64,000 nucleotides of DNA from Planctomycetota bacterium (GCA_038227875.1 JBBRPR010000002.1:64001-128000), one strand, 5' to 3'. Positions 10,108-20,213 are shown, counted from the stretch's first letter. Notes: generated by a model not told the origin, from the sequence alone. Program-made: numbers and translations.

Positions 10108-10791
10108 ATGAGCAAGATTCACTTCATCGGCGGCGAAAAGGGCGGCGTGGGCAAGTCGGTGGTCTCGCGGCTGCTGGCGCAGTATTGCATCGACAAGACC
10201 TTGCCGTTCACCGTCGTCGATGCCGACCGCTCGCACGGCGCGATGGCGCGTTTTTATTCGGACTTCACCAAGACCGGTGATCTCGATCGCTTCGAAACGA
10301 CCGACCACATCATGCAGCTGGCGTTGGATCTCGATCAGCGCGTGATCGTCGATCTGCCCGCCCAGAGCGATCGATTTGTGCGCAAATGGATGGAGCAGAA
10401 CGGCATCGTCGAACTGGCCGCGGAGAGCTCGGTGCCGCTGGTGTTCTGGCACGTGATGGATTCTGGCCGTGATTCCATCGTGCTGCTGCAGGGATTGTTC
10501 AACACGTACGGTTCGACGGTGAACTACTGCATCGTCAAGAATCTCGGCCGCGGCGGCGACTTCAGCGCGTTCGAAAACTCAGATGCCCGTAAACAGGCGG
10601 AACAGTTCAATGCCACGATCTTGACGCTCGATGAGCTCCATGAGCCGACAATGCAGAAGATCGACACGCTTAACGCGAGTTTTTGGTCGGCCGCAAACAA
10701 CGCGAAAGTGGGGCTGGGACTGATTGAACGCCACCGCGTGAAGGTGTGGCTGCGCAACGCGTACAAGGAGTTCGAACGCGCAGGAGCCTAG
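10108..10791 (+). CDS. ParA/MinD-superfamily P-loop NTPase (MobD-like)
   Basis: Deviant Walker A GGEKGGVGKS, VVDAD and VIVDLPA motifs. Confidence 0.8.
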   Translation: MSKIHFIGGEKGGVGKSVVSRLLAQYCIDKTLPFTVVDADRSHGAMARFYSDFTKTGDLDRFETTDHIMQLALDLDQRVIVDLPAQSDRFVRKWMEQNGIVELAAESSVPLVFWHVMDSGRDSIVLLQGLFNTYGSTVNYCIVKNLGRGGDFSAFENSDARKQAEQFNATILTLDELHEPTMQKIDTLNASFWSAANNAKVGLGLIERHRVKVWLRNAYKEFERAGA

Positions 10792-10829
10792 CCCGTTAAA
10801 AAAGTCTATTTGTCGTCGCGAAAAATCTG

Positions 10830-10982
10830 CTATCGCCGGCCGTCGCCGCCGCTGCGCATAATCGCGCCGCCGGCCAGCATGGTCAGATAACCCGCCAGCG
10901 GAAACGTGCGGAAAAAGCCGATCACGTTTCCAGCAAATAGGAAAATACCGAGCACGAAGACCAATCCGCCGACGAGTTTCAT
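10830..10982 (-). CDS. 50-aa two-helix membrane protein not in the ORF track
   Basis: MKLVGGLVFVLGIFLFAGNVIGFFRTFPLAGYLTMLAGGAIMRSGGDGRR*, preceded by AGGAGAA SD. Confidence 0.7.
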   Translation of the reverse strand: MKLVGGLVFVLGIFLFAGNVIGFFRTFPLAGYLTMLAGGAIMRSGGDGRR

Positions 10983-11106
10983 GGGCGTGTTCTCCTATAA
11001 TATAGCAATGCGCGTCAGGAACATGTGCGCAGTGTCGCAGCTTGTAACAACATGTTAAGATAGGGATTAACTATGCAACTTAAGTGCCGGTGGAAGCAGG
11101 GATGAA

Positions 11107-12924
11107 CTATGCGAGCATCTCGAATGTGAATTTGCCAATCACCTGCGTGGAAGGCTGCGACGTGGTCAGGCGCACGCGTTGAACCACGATTGGCTCATGC
11201 CCGTGCGTGTGCGAGGGAATGGCTTCGCACGCGGCGGTGAACTGCGCCGGATCGAATGTCATCGCGACAGCGCCGCGCGCGCCACGCCATGTGATCTTGC
11301 CTCGCTCCAGAGTCGGCTGCACCAGGCTGATGAACACTTCTTGCAATTCGCGTGGAGCGGAATTGAAGTCGAAGCTGTCGGTGAGTTCCAGACTGGCCTT
11401 CGCCGCGGAGTGCGTCCAGCGGAACGTACGCTCCAATCGTTTCAGGTTGGGTACCGCGTACGCTTTCGTCAGATCCAATTTGAAATCAATCCCGTCGGCT
11501 CGGGTTTCACGCGCGAGAATTTTGGCCTCGAACTGGCGCCCGGCTTTCTGCGGCTGACCATCGATCAATGGGACGGAATGGCCCTCGGAGCCGTTGTGAA
11601 TCAAGTTGTAGCGATTGGGGCCGAAGTAGTCGCGCGTGTACACGCCGGCGCCCAGGTCCACGAGCAGGCTGTCGCCGCCTGCGTGGAGAATGAAATGGCC
11701 CAGGTCGTTCTGGTTATGCGGTTCGGCGTTGTGGCCGCCACGGGCTGAGAAGCCGATCGGTACGCCATTGAGTGTGCGGCGGTCGAGCACCCAGCCCAAG
11801 TCATCGAACACGAACGTTCCCGGCGGCGTGAGTTTGCCCAGCAGCGCGGGATTGGTCCAGAATAGGTTGCGCGTGACGTGCGGCCAGCGGTAGCAGTGAT
11901 CGAAATGAAACGACGGCACCCGCGGTGATTCGGGCACCGCGACGCCCAGGCGCGCGGATAGCCGCGAAATCAGTCCGGTGGCGATCTCCATGCGCATGAC
12001 GCCGTCGGAGAAATTCACAAAGTTTCCACCGGAGAGGCTCATGCCCGCCGGGAAATTGGCGATGTTCCTGATTTTCTCACCGCTGAGCAGATCGATTTTG
12101 CCGCGGGTGAATTCATGGAGCATTTCCGCGAAGTAGACGTAGTAGCCAAAACCGTATTGCCAGTAGCCGACGCCTTCCGCGCAGCCTCCGTCGGCCCCGA
12201 AACCTTCGAGAAAGCATTCCATCGCGCTGCAGCAGCGATCCATCATGCCCGCCAGCCGTTCGCGGTTGGTTTCAAGCAGCAATGCGGCCATACCCACGGC
12301 ACCGGCGCAGACGGCCGACCAGTTCGTCGGAGTCGATTCCCAATGAAAGTGGACGGCATCGTTGAAGAGCGGCTTGAAAATCCGGCGCTCGATTTCGCGG
12401 CGCGTACGTTCGTTCACCGCCTTCTCAAGGCGTCCGCCGAGCAGTGTCAGCGTTTCGGCCAGAGCGTGTGCGGTTTCCGCGGCGAAGAGGTCGACGCGTT
12501 CCTCGATCGGGAGGCGATTGTCCTGCGCGTGGGCGGGCACACACCACGTTACTTCGTCGCAGATCGCCCAGATCGAATCTTGTATCAAGGCGAGGTGTTC
12601 ATCGGTGGCATCAATGACAGAGACGAGCACCAACCCCGGCAATCGTCCGCGGCGTGCGAAATACGGGCGCTCGTATTCGATGCGTGAACCGGCCGTCTCG
12701 TACAATCGCCAGAGCGAATAGGGCAGGGCGGGAATGGGCTCGGTGTGCGCGCGCTGAGCTTCCGCGCGGACTTCTCGCAAGTATTCCTGGAAATGAGGTG
12801 CCTCACGCAGCGCTTTCAGGCGCTCCGCGGTCAACCCTTCTCCAAAGGGAAAACCAGAGGAAGGCTTGGCGTCGCGGAGGGCTTCGCGAAGACTGCGGAA
12901 ACTGGGAATCGCGGCGTGAATCAT
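11107..12924 (-). CDS. Heparinase II/III-like protein
   Basis: VDLFAAETA, NWSAVCAG, DGGCAEGVGYWQYG and GGHNAEPHNQNDLGHF motifs. Confidence 0.85.
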   Translation of the reverse strand: MIHAAIPSFRSLREALRDAKPSSGFPFGEGLTAERLKALREAPHFQEYLREVRAEAQRAHTEPIPALPYSLWRLYETAGSRIEYERPYFARRGRLPGLVLVSVIDATDEHLALIQDSIWAICDEVTWCVPAHAQDNRLPIEERVDLFAAETAHALAETLTLLGGRLEKAVNERTRREIERRIFKPLFNDAVHFHWESTPTNWSAVCAGAVGMAALLLETNRERLAGMMDRCCSAMECFLEGFGADGGCAEGVGYWQYGFGYYVYFAEMLHEFTRGKIDLLSGEKIRNIANFPAGMSLSGGNFVNFSDGVMRMEIATGLISRLSARLGVAVPESPRVPSFHFDHCYRWPHVTRNLFWTNPALLGKLTPPGTFVFDDLGWVLDRRTLNGVPIGFSARGGHNAEPHNQNDLGHFILHAGGDSLLVDLGAGVYTRDYFGPNRYNLIHNGSEGHSVPLIDGQPQKAGRQFEAKILARETRADGIDFKLDLTKAYAVPNLKRLERTFRWTHSAAKASLELTDSFDFNSAPRELQEVFISLVQPTLERGKITWRGARGAVAMTFDPAQFTAACEAIPSHTHGHEPIVVQRVRLTTSQPSTQVIGKFTFEMLA

Positions 12925-12970
12925 GGGTGAACTCGCAGGCAATGTGAGAAGCAGGACGTAGACGTCGAAG

Positions 12971-13016
12971 AAAAGAAAAAGGCGGGTATTGAGGTTAGTC
13001 AATACCCGCCTTCTTT
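12971..13016 (-). terminator. Rho-independent terminator
   Basis: 14-bp perfect stem AAGGCGGGTATTGA/TCAATACCCGCCTT with a U-rich tail on the minus strand, just downstream of the 13041 stop. Confidence 0.85.
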
Positions 13017-13040
13017 ATACGTCTGATTGTCGACTACAGT

Positions 13041-13706
13041 TTAGAAGACAATCTTGCCCTTGCTGAACGTTCCGACGAAGGTCGCGCTGCCGAGCTTGAG
13101 CGTGAAGCCCGTGATGCCCGTGCCAGCCTTCGTATCGCCGAACGCAGGGACCTGGTTTCTGCCCTTGGTCACGAGCGGGAGCTTGGCGACGCCGGCATCA
13201 ACCTGCGAACCGGTGAAGATGAACTTGAACTTGTTCTTGGAGGCAACACCCTGGACAGCGGTGAAGGTGTTCTTGGTCTTGAACGACTTGGCCGTCACGA
13301 CTCCCTTGTTGCTCACCTTGACTGTATAGGTGATCGGGAAGGTGTTTGTGTTGCCGTTCGTCGTGATGACGTTGGTGTTCGACGTCGAGAAGAAGACGAT
13401 CGACGCATTGGCGTTCGTGGTCAGCGTGCCGGAATTGGCATTGCTGGTGTACACGGCGATCTGTTCATTCATCGTAACCGGAACGGCGGACTTGCCCTTA
13501 CCCGTGTCTTTAGCGGATAGGCTCAGCAACGAATAGAAATCGAAGCCGCCGCCCTGAATGGTGATCGAGCTGCCGGCAGCAACATTACCCTTACCCAGCT
13601 TCAGGGTCGCCTTATAGTTCGGCGAAGTATTCGCCGCCTGGACTCCGCTGCAGCACAGAACCAACAGAGCAACACCAACGACACTGGCCAAATGTTTTCG
13701 AATCAC
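13041..13706 (-). CDS. Secreted Lys/Thr/Gly-rich beta-rich hypothetical protein
   Basis: Signal peptide ending VQA-A; strongly biased codons; own terminator. Confidence 0.75.
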   Translation of the reverse strand: MIRKHLASVVGVALLVLCCSGVQAANTSPNYKATLKLGKGNVAAGSSITIQGGGFDFYSLLSLSAKDTGKGKSAVPVTMNEQIAVYTSNANSGTLTTNANASIVFFSTSNTNVITTNGNTNTFPITYTVKVSNKGVVTAKSFKTKNTFTAVQGVASKNKFKFIFTGSQVDAGVAKLPLVTKGRNQVPAFGDTKAGTGITGFTLKLGSATFVGTFSKGKIVF

Positions 13707-14354
13707 AGCAGACTCCTCTGGTCTAGGGTTTCAATTCCACATTTACTAACAGGATTGTGATAAATTATGCCGTCAGGGTTCACACGAAACAAGCAAATTT
13801 TAAAAGATTTCGCGTCTTCTTCGCAAAGCTAGTGGTTAATTCTATATTCCAGTGATTGATTCTGAGTCACTTCTTAAAAGACTGCTACGGGCAAGTGTTT
13901 CCATGAAAACTGCGGCTCTTCTAAAATGCGCTTTGCGGCAATTCTGAGTCAGTTCGGCGAACCTCACGAAAAATAATTTCTTAACTTTGTGTGACTACCC
14001 CGCCCCTCACGTTGCGATGTCAGCGCCGCGTCTCAGGCTCGATTTACCTATGAAAATTTGAGCGAATGCGGGCGCCGACACGGAGACTCGAAAGCAAACG
14101 CCTGGAATTGTTAAAACTTTTTGAAGCTGCGCCGAATGTTAGCAGGCGCGTCTGGGTTATAGAGAAGCATGAGTGGCAATATCAGGCAGGTTGGTCAATT
14201 TAGATTGCGCTAAGAGCCGAAATTAAGCAAATATTTGGCCGTCTTATAGACAATAAAGTTCGCCCGAGTTCCCGGTTCATCATGAAGAATCACTTTATTG
14301 GGTCAAAAAGTTGGAACGATATAATCGAAGACCTCGTAAGGGAAGACGTTCGAT

Positions 14355-14394
14355 CCCGCCGTGAATCATCCGCTCTCAGGATATCCACGGCGGG
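14355..14394 (-). terminator. GC-rich hairpin, probable terminator
   Basis: CCCGCCGTG...CACGGCGGG inverted repeat directly after the 14410 stop; U-tract weak. Confidence 0.45.
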
Positions 14395-14409
14395 TCGTGA
14401 ACGTGCGAT

Positions 14410-14682
14410 TTACTTGCTGGCGCGGGCCAGCTTTTTCTCGATTTCAGAATGAACGTCCGGCGACGCACTGATCGCGTGATGTTCTTCGTCGTGCGTTTCA
14501 CCGTGGAAAATCGTCACGTAGACCATCGTCATGACAATGGCTTCAGCCGAGAGGATCACGGGAATCGACGCGTAGGTCGTAACGCCCGGCACCCATCCGG
14601 TACAGATCCACATCGCGCCAACAAACAGAGCGACGAACAATCCTAGGAATACTTTCAGACGCGGTTCGCACGACATTCTCAA
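14410..14682 (-). CDS. Small two-TM membrane protein with His/Glu-rich tail
   Basis: Two hydrophobic segments; HGETHDEEHH; AAGGAG SD upstream. Confidence 0.65.
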   Translation of the reverse strand: MRMSCEPRLKVFLGLFVALFVGAMWICTGWVPGVTTYASIPVILSAEAIVMTMVYVTIFHGETHDEEHHAISASPDVHSEIEKKLARASK

Positions 14683-14713
14683 TCTCCTTAAAAGGGTCTC
14701 CGCCTTTTAAGAA

Positions 14714-14729
14714 AGCAGTCGATGCGCCA
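14714..14729 (-). promoter_or_regulatory. Putative sigma-54 (-24/-12) promoter
   Basis: Minus strand reads TGGCGCATCGACTGCT (GG-N10-GC), about 30 bp upstream of the small ORF. Confidence 0.6.
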
Positions 14730-14762
14730 TTCGAGAAAAATCATGAAGTCCTTGCAGTCGGT

Positions 14763-14803
14763 AGTTTTGCGAGAATTCACGTCGGCGAAGTTTTGCGAGA
14801 ATT
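14763..14803. promoter_or_regulatory. Tandem 15-bp direct repeat AGTTTTGCGAGAATT, possible enhancer-binding sites
   Basis: Identical copies at 14763 and 14789, upstream of the sigma-54 motif. Confidence 0.5.
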
Positions 14804-14918
14804 GAAAACGTAAATGCAGATTTGAAAAAAACGGGGTCCGCGCCTCGGGGGTCTTTTGTGGAACTGTTCGAATGCGCAGAACCCACGTGTTTATCGCGAA
14901 AGGAACAGAAGCTCAGAC

Positions 14919-15413
14919 CTATTTCGCTTGCGCGGCCTTGTGCGCTTCGGCCACGTGATCGGGTTTGATGGTCAGCACCGGACACGGACTGGTGCGAACG
15001 ATCTTTTCCGCGACGGAACCAAACAACAGATGTGAAAAACCCGTCCGGCCGTGCGTTGCCATCACGATGCAATCGGCGTGTTGGGCGGCCGCATATTTCA
15101 ATACTTCAGCGTTCGCGTTACCTTTTATGTATACGGGCAACACGCGAACTCCCGCCGGTGCAGACGCTGAAAGCTTGGCGGCCAGCGCGGTCAGTTGTGC
15201 CTGCTTCTCTTTTTCGGCCTGCTCAAGGAAGGGCGTGGGATCGTAGCCCATGCTGCCATCGACCATGACTCCCGTGTACATCAGGTCTTCAAACACATGG
15301 ACGAGATGTACGGTGCCACCGTATTTTGATGCCAGTTCCAGCGCAAACGGCACCGCGGCCCTGGAATTTTCGGACAGGTCGGTCGTGAGTATTATTGTTT
15401 TAAACTGTGACAT
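14919..15413 (-). CDS. Universal stress protein (UspA family)
   Basis: IILTTDLSENS..A; IVMATHGRTGFSHLLFGSVAEKIVRTSPCPVL. Confidence 0.93.
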   Translation of the reverse strand: MSQFKTIILTTDLSENSRAAVPFALELASKYGGTVHLVHVFEDLMYTGVMVDGSMGYDPTPFLEQAEKEKQAQLTALAAKLSASAPAGVRVLPVYIKGNANAEVLKYAAAQHADCIVMATHGRTGFSHLLFGSVAEKIVRTSPCPVLTIKPDHVAEAHKAAQAK

Positions 15414-15616
15414 GAGGGATCCTCCTTAAGATTTGCTCCATGAGATAGAATAGCAAATGGACGCGCAATCCCTTCAATCTTATAATTCATGAATCGTAAG
15501 GAGGATGGAGAGTGACGTAAGCCCCGGTGTTCCTGAAGATGAGAAAAGAGATTGTCATTTGCGGCAATCGTGCCGGGTGACGATGATCTCGAGAATACCT
15601 CTGGAGTAATATATTC

Positions 15617-16762
15617 ATGTCGTCTACGGACGGTACACCGCTCCCTTCCGATCACTCGCAGGTACAATGGGAAGCCCTCTCGGGCATTATCAACTCTGCG
15701 ATGGATGCGATTATCAGCATCGACGAGCAGCAACGCATCACCATTTTCAATGCTGCGGCGGAGCGGATGTTTTTGTGCACGGCCAAAGACGCCATCGGCT
15801 CGCAACTGGATCGTTTTATTCCGCAGCGCTACCGCGCAGCGCATGGCGGCCATGTCCATGAATTTGCCCACACCGGCGCGACCAGCCGCGAAATGGGCCG
15901 GCTGGGAATCATCGTGGGGCTGCGTTCCGATGGCGTCGAGTTTCCGATCGAAGCGACGATCTCCAAGGTGGAAGTGGGCGGCCGGCACTACCTGAGCGCG
16001 ATCGTGCGCGACATCAGCGAGCGGAAAAGAGCGGAGAAAGAACGGGAGCAGCTGCAGGCGAAGGTGCTGCATCAGGAGAAACTGGCCGCGATCGGCTTGC
16101 TGGCCAGCGGGCTGGCTCACGAGGTCGGCAACCCACTGGCCTCCATTCAGGCCATCTGTGAAAATCTGGCGCGCAAAAGTTCCGAGCCCCAGACGACAGA
16201 AAAATGCCAGCGCATCCGCGAACAGGTCCGGAGGATTACCAGCATCGTCGGGCAACTGGTGAACTTCGCGCGGCCGGGGCCGGCCACCTGGCAGTTGGTG
16301 GATGTCAATGAAACCATCGAATCTTCACTGGGTATTGCCAAACTTTCCCGCACCGCAAAATCGTTGGAAATTACGGCCGATCTCGCTTCGGACTTGCCGC
16401 CCATCATGGCAATCAGCGATCAACTGGCGCAGGTGTTTCTGAATCTCTTTTTGAACGCGATCGACGCCAGCACCGAGGCGGGATGCAAGATCGTGATTGC
16501 GTCGCGAACGCTTTCGGAAGAGAGGATTGGAATTTCGATCTGCGATTCCGGTCATGGCATCGCACCCGATGACATGCCCAAGCTTTTTACTCCCTTCTTC
16601 ACCACCAAGGACGTCGGCAAAGGAACGGGATTGGGGTTGCACGTCTGTGAGGGTATAGTCAAGCGCCACGGCGGCGAGATTCGTGTAACATCGACTCCGG
16701 GTGACGGGACGACATTCCAGATTGAACTGCCGATCCGCAAGCAACCGCCCGTAAACTCCTGA
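15617..16762 (+). CDS. PAS-domain sensor histidine kinase
   Basis: PAS IFNAAAERMF; H-box LAHEVGNPL; N-box NLFLNAID; PFFTTKDVGKGTGLGL. Confidence 0.93.
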   Translation: MSSTDGTPLPSDHSQVQWEALSGIINSAMDAIISIDEQQRITIFNAAAERMFLCTAKDAIGSQLDRFIPQRYRAAHGGHVHEFAHTGATSREMGRLGIIVGLRSDGVEFPIEATISKVEVGGRHYLSAIVRDISERKRAEKEREQLQAKVLHQEKLAAIGLLASGLAHEVGNPLASIQAICENLARKSSEPQTTEKCQRIREQVRRITSIVGQLVNFARPGPATWQLVDVNETIESSLGIAKLSRTAKSLEITADLASDLPPIMAISDQLAQVFLNLFLNAIDASTEAGCKIVIASRTLSEERIGISICDSGHGIAPDDMPKLFTPFFTTKDVGKGTGLGLHVCEGIVKRHGGEIRVTSTPGDGTTFQIELPIRKQPPVNS

Positions 16763-16775
16763 AGGGAGCATCGAA

Positions 16776-18149
16776 TTGAGTGCTGTGCTGTTGGTCGAAG
16801 ACGAAGAAGATCTGCGCAAGGAATTGGCCGAAGCGCTGACGGATCTCGGCTATAAAGTCATTACTGCCGGCGATGGCATCTCGGCGCTGGATGAACTGCG
16901 CAAGCAGGACGTCCAGATTGTGCTCACCGACATCCGCATGCCCAAGATGGATGGGCTGGAATTGCTCCGCCGGGGCCGCGAAATCGCGCCGGACGCGTTC
17001 TTCATCGTGATGACTGCGTTTGGCTCGATGGACACCGCCATCGACGCGCTGCGCTCCGGGGCGACCGATTACCTGCTCAAACCCGTCACCATCGAAGACC
17101 TCGCATCGAAGGTCAACCGACTCGTCGAGACCGCCGCGCTACAGATCACCAATAAGATGCTCAGGCGCGATCTGGACCGGAAGCTCGGGTCGCTGGAAAT
17201 GATCGGCCAGAGCCCGGCGCTGGAAAAAGTCCGCCAGTTGATCCGCAAAGTCGCGCCGACGCGTTCGCCGGTGCTGATCACCGGCGAGTCGGGCACCGGC
17301 AAGGAACTGATTGCGCGCGCCATTCACGCACTGGCCGCGCCCAAGGGCGAACCGTTTGTCCCGGTGAATTGCGCCGCGATTCCGGAGCAGTTGCTGGAAT
17401 CGGAATTGTTCGGGCATCAGAAGGGCTCCTTCACCGGCGCCGTCGGCGATACGGACGGCATGTTCCGCTCTGCGCGCAAGGGCACGCTGTTTCTCGACGA
17501 AATCGGCGAAATGCCACTCTCGCTCCAGACCAAGCTGCTCCGCGTGCTCGAAGACAAGATGATCCATCCGGTGGGGTCGACGAAATTCATTCCGTTTGAG
17601 GCCCGCGTGGTGGCCGCGACGAATAAGAATCTCAAAGCCGAGATCGAGAAGAAGACCTTCCGTGAGGATCTCTATTACCGGCTGGCGGTGATGGAATTGT
17701 ACTCCCCGGCGTTGCGCGACCGGCAGGAGGATATTCCGCTGCTGGTCAATCATCTCCTGCGAAAATTCAACCGGGAGCTCCATCGCAACTACACCGGCGT
17801 CAACGACGCGGGCATGGATCTGCTGCAGCGGTCGGTCTGGAAGGGCAACATCCGCGAACTGCAGAACACGATCGAACGGGCCATGATTGTGGGCGACGAG
17901 CCGTTGCTGCGCGAGACGGATTTCACCGCGACCGGAGGTGAAGGCACTGCGGCGATGTTGACTCAGGCCACCGACTTGAAAGAAGCGATCACGCATTTTG
18001 AGCGCGCCCATGTCCAGCGCGTGTTGAACAATTGTGCGGGAGACAAGCGGAAGGCCGCGGAACTCCTGGGCATTTCGCTTTCGTCGCTGTACCGCCATCT
18101 CGGTGAAAAGGGCGATGCTCCCGCTGAAAAACCGGCGGCGGGAGTCTGA
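16776..18149 (+). CDS. Sigma-54-dependent response regulator (NtrC/AtoC family)
   Basis: Receiver domain; GESGTGKE; ESELFGHQKGSFTGA; LFLDEIGE; C-terminal Fis-type HTH. Confidence 0.95.
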   Translation: MSAVLLVEDEEDLRKELAEALTDLGYKVITAGDGISALDELRKQDVQIVLTDIRMPKMDGLELLRRGREIAPDAFFIVMTAFGSMDTAIDALRSGATDYLLKPVTIEDLASKVNRLVETAALQITNKMLRRDLDRKLGSLEMIGQSPALEKVRQLIRKVAPTRSPVLITGESGTGKELIARAIHALAAPKGEPFVPVNCAAIPEQLLESELFGHQKGSFTGAVGDTDGMFRSARKGTLFLDEIGEMPLSLQTKLLRVLEDKMIHPVGSTKFIPFEARVVAATNKNLKAEIEKKTFREDLYYRLAVMELYSPALRDRQEDIPLLVNHLLRKFNRELHRNYTGVNDAGMDLLQRSVWKGNIRELQNTIERAMIVGDEPLLRETDFTATGGEGTAAMLTQATDLKEAITHFERAHVQRVLNNCAGDKRKAAELLGISLSSLYRHLGEKGDAPAEKPAAGV

Positions 18150-18573
18150 CACTAGACCTCCGGGCCAGCTGGCCCGAAGGGACACACCAGTACTACAGGC
18201 AAATTTGCCTGAGGGTCCGCTTCTATTCCGATGGGAAATTTTCCATTGGTTAAGGCACCCATTCCCCATGGTCACGTGGCGCCTTATTTTTTTAACCTGG
18301 GGACGGATTCGTCCCCAGGTGTCTAATTCTGACCATCCGGTAAATTTACCGGAAGGTATGTCCGTTCTCGATTCTGCGAATTGCGAATTCGACGCGACCA
18401 GCGAAAGTCTTCTCAAAACTGAAGCGTACTTTCTCAAACGTGCGTGAATGCTCGTCCGAATAAACATTTTTTTTCCTCATAACTTAAATAATCAAAATGG
18501 TTTGCGAATTTCGACCGCGGCGCGCTGGCATGGCATGGCTCGTGTTTACCGTTGTATATAAAGGAGTCGACTC

Positions 18574-19050
18574 ATGCTGCGCGATCCGTTGGCCCATACA
18601 CCTCACCCGCATGTACTTTTGGCGGAAGACGATCCCGATCAGTCTGAAATGCTGAAAGATGTGCTGGAAAGCGAAGGTTATGAAGTCGACACCGCTTTCA
18701 GCGGCGATGCGGCGTGGCATAAGCTCAATTCTCGCGTCTACAACCTGGTCCTTCTCGACGTGCGCATGCCCGGGCTCAACGGTTCGGAAGTTCTCCGTCT
18801 CTACCGCAAGGCCGAAAAAGGAACTCATACGCCGGTCGTGATTGTTTCCGCCTTCGCCACGGAAGCGCAGGCGCGAGAGTACAGTCGGGATGGTGCAGAC
18901 CGCATTTATTCGAAACCGTATGAAATCGAGGAACTGCTCAAAGGCATTCGCGAATTGATCGCCAGAAGCTATACCGCGCCGGCCAAGGGCAATGGCGACG
19001 GCAATGTAGCTCCGCCGGCCTCGAATGGAGCAACGCCATGGAAACAGTGA
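18574..19050 (+). CDS. Single-domain response regulator
   Basis: VLLAEDD, LLDVRMPGLNG, VSA and SKPY motifs. Confidence 0.9.
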   Translation: MLRDPLAHTPHPHVLLAEDDPDQSEMLKDVLESEGYEVDTAFSGDAAWHKLNSRVYNLVLLDVRMPGLNGSEVLRLYRKAEKGTHTPVVIVSAFATEAQAREYSRDGADRIYSKPYEIEELLKGIRELIARSYTAPAKGNGDGNVAPPASNGATPWKQ

Positions 19051-20213
19051 CGACGCCCTGTCCCTCGCGCGAACCTGAATTTCATCGCAACGCGGTGATG
19101 GAATTCCTGGCCGCATTGCGCAATCCATTGACGTACTCCCCGTTGCTGAACACGGAAGTGATTTTTGGCTTCCTCTGGGGCTTGCCGATCCCGTTTTTCG
19201 TATTGCTGATTCACGCCTATGCGGCGGGCCTGCCGTGGACCTTCGCGGCGTTGTGGGACGTGGATGTGACCAACCCGCTCTACATTTTCTTCTTCCTTCA
19301 CCCGCTCCTCTTCGCCGCGGTCTTTGGCGCACTGGGTACGATGCGCGCGCACCGCGAACTGCGGATCCAGGGCCTGTTACAGCAAGTCAAGTTGCACTGC
19401 GAGGAACTGGAACGGGCCAACCACCGGCTGGAAGAACTGGATCGCCTGAAATCTGAATTTCTCGCCAATGTCACGCATGAATTGAAATCCCCGCTGGTTA
19501 CTTCACTGGGCTACACCGACCGCATGCTGATGGGGCATCTGGGCGACGTGAACGAGAAGCAGAAGAGGGGCTTGGAGGTCAGCAAGCGCAACCTCACCCG
19601 GCTGCGCACACTGATCGACGAGATCCTCGATTTCTCCAAGCTCGAATCCGGCATGGCGAATTTCCACATGGAGCCAACCACGCTCAACGCGGCGATTCAA
19701 GCGGCCGTGGAAAGCGCCTCGCTGAAGGCGCGCGATCGGCGGATCAACATCGACGTCGAAAGCCCTGCCGCGCCTGCCGCGGTACGGGGCGACGCGTCCA
19801 AACTGCTGCAACTGGTCGTCAATCTGCTCGACAACGCGATTAAATTTTCGCCCGAAGACAGCCGCATCCTGATCAAAGTTGAACCTATCGACGGCATGTG
19901 GCGTTTGAGTGTCATCGACAACGGCTGTGGAATTCCCGCTGAGAAAATGCCGCAACTCTTCCAGCGCTTCTTCCAGGTCGATGGTTCGCTGGGCCGCGTG
20001 CACGAAGGCTTCGGACTTGGACTCGTGATCGTGCGGAAAATCGTCGAAGGCCATGGCGGTAAAGTCTGGGTGGAAAGCCGCACCGGGTCGAACTCCGGAA
20101 CCAGCATCATCCTAGAATTACCAAAAGTGGATGCCTCTCTGCCGGGCTGTGCCAGCCCGGTCCTGCAGGATACGGAAAAGGAGGTGGCAAATGCCGCGAA
20201 TACTAATCACTGA
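19038..20213 (+). CDS. Membrane-bound sensor histidine kinase
   Basis: Two TM segments; KSEFLANVTHELKSPL; NLLDNAIKFS; DNGCGI; GLGLVI. Confidence 0.92.
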   Translation: METVTTPCPSREPEFHRNAVMEFLAALRNPLTYSPLLNTEVIFGFLWGLPIPFFVLLIHAYAAGLPWTFAALWDVDVTNPLYIFFFLHPLLFAAVFGALGTMRAHRELRIQGLLQQVKLHCEELERANHRLEELDRLKSEFLANVTHELKSPLVTSLGYTDRMLMGHLGDVNEKQKRGLEVSKRNLTRLRTLIDEILDFSKLESGMANFHMEPTTLNAAIQAAVESASLKARDRRINIDVESPAAPAAVRGDASKLLQLVVNLLDNAIKFSPEDSRILIKVEPIDGMWRLSVIDNGCGIPAEKMPQLFQRFFQVDGSLGRVHEGFGLGLVIVRKIVEGHGGKVWVESRTGSNSGTSIILELPKVDASLPGCASPVLQDTEKEVANAANTNH

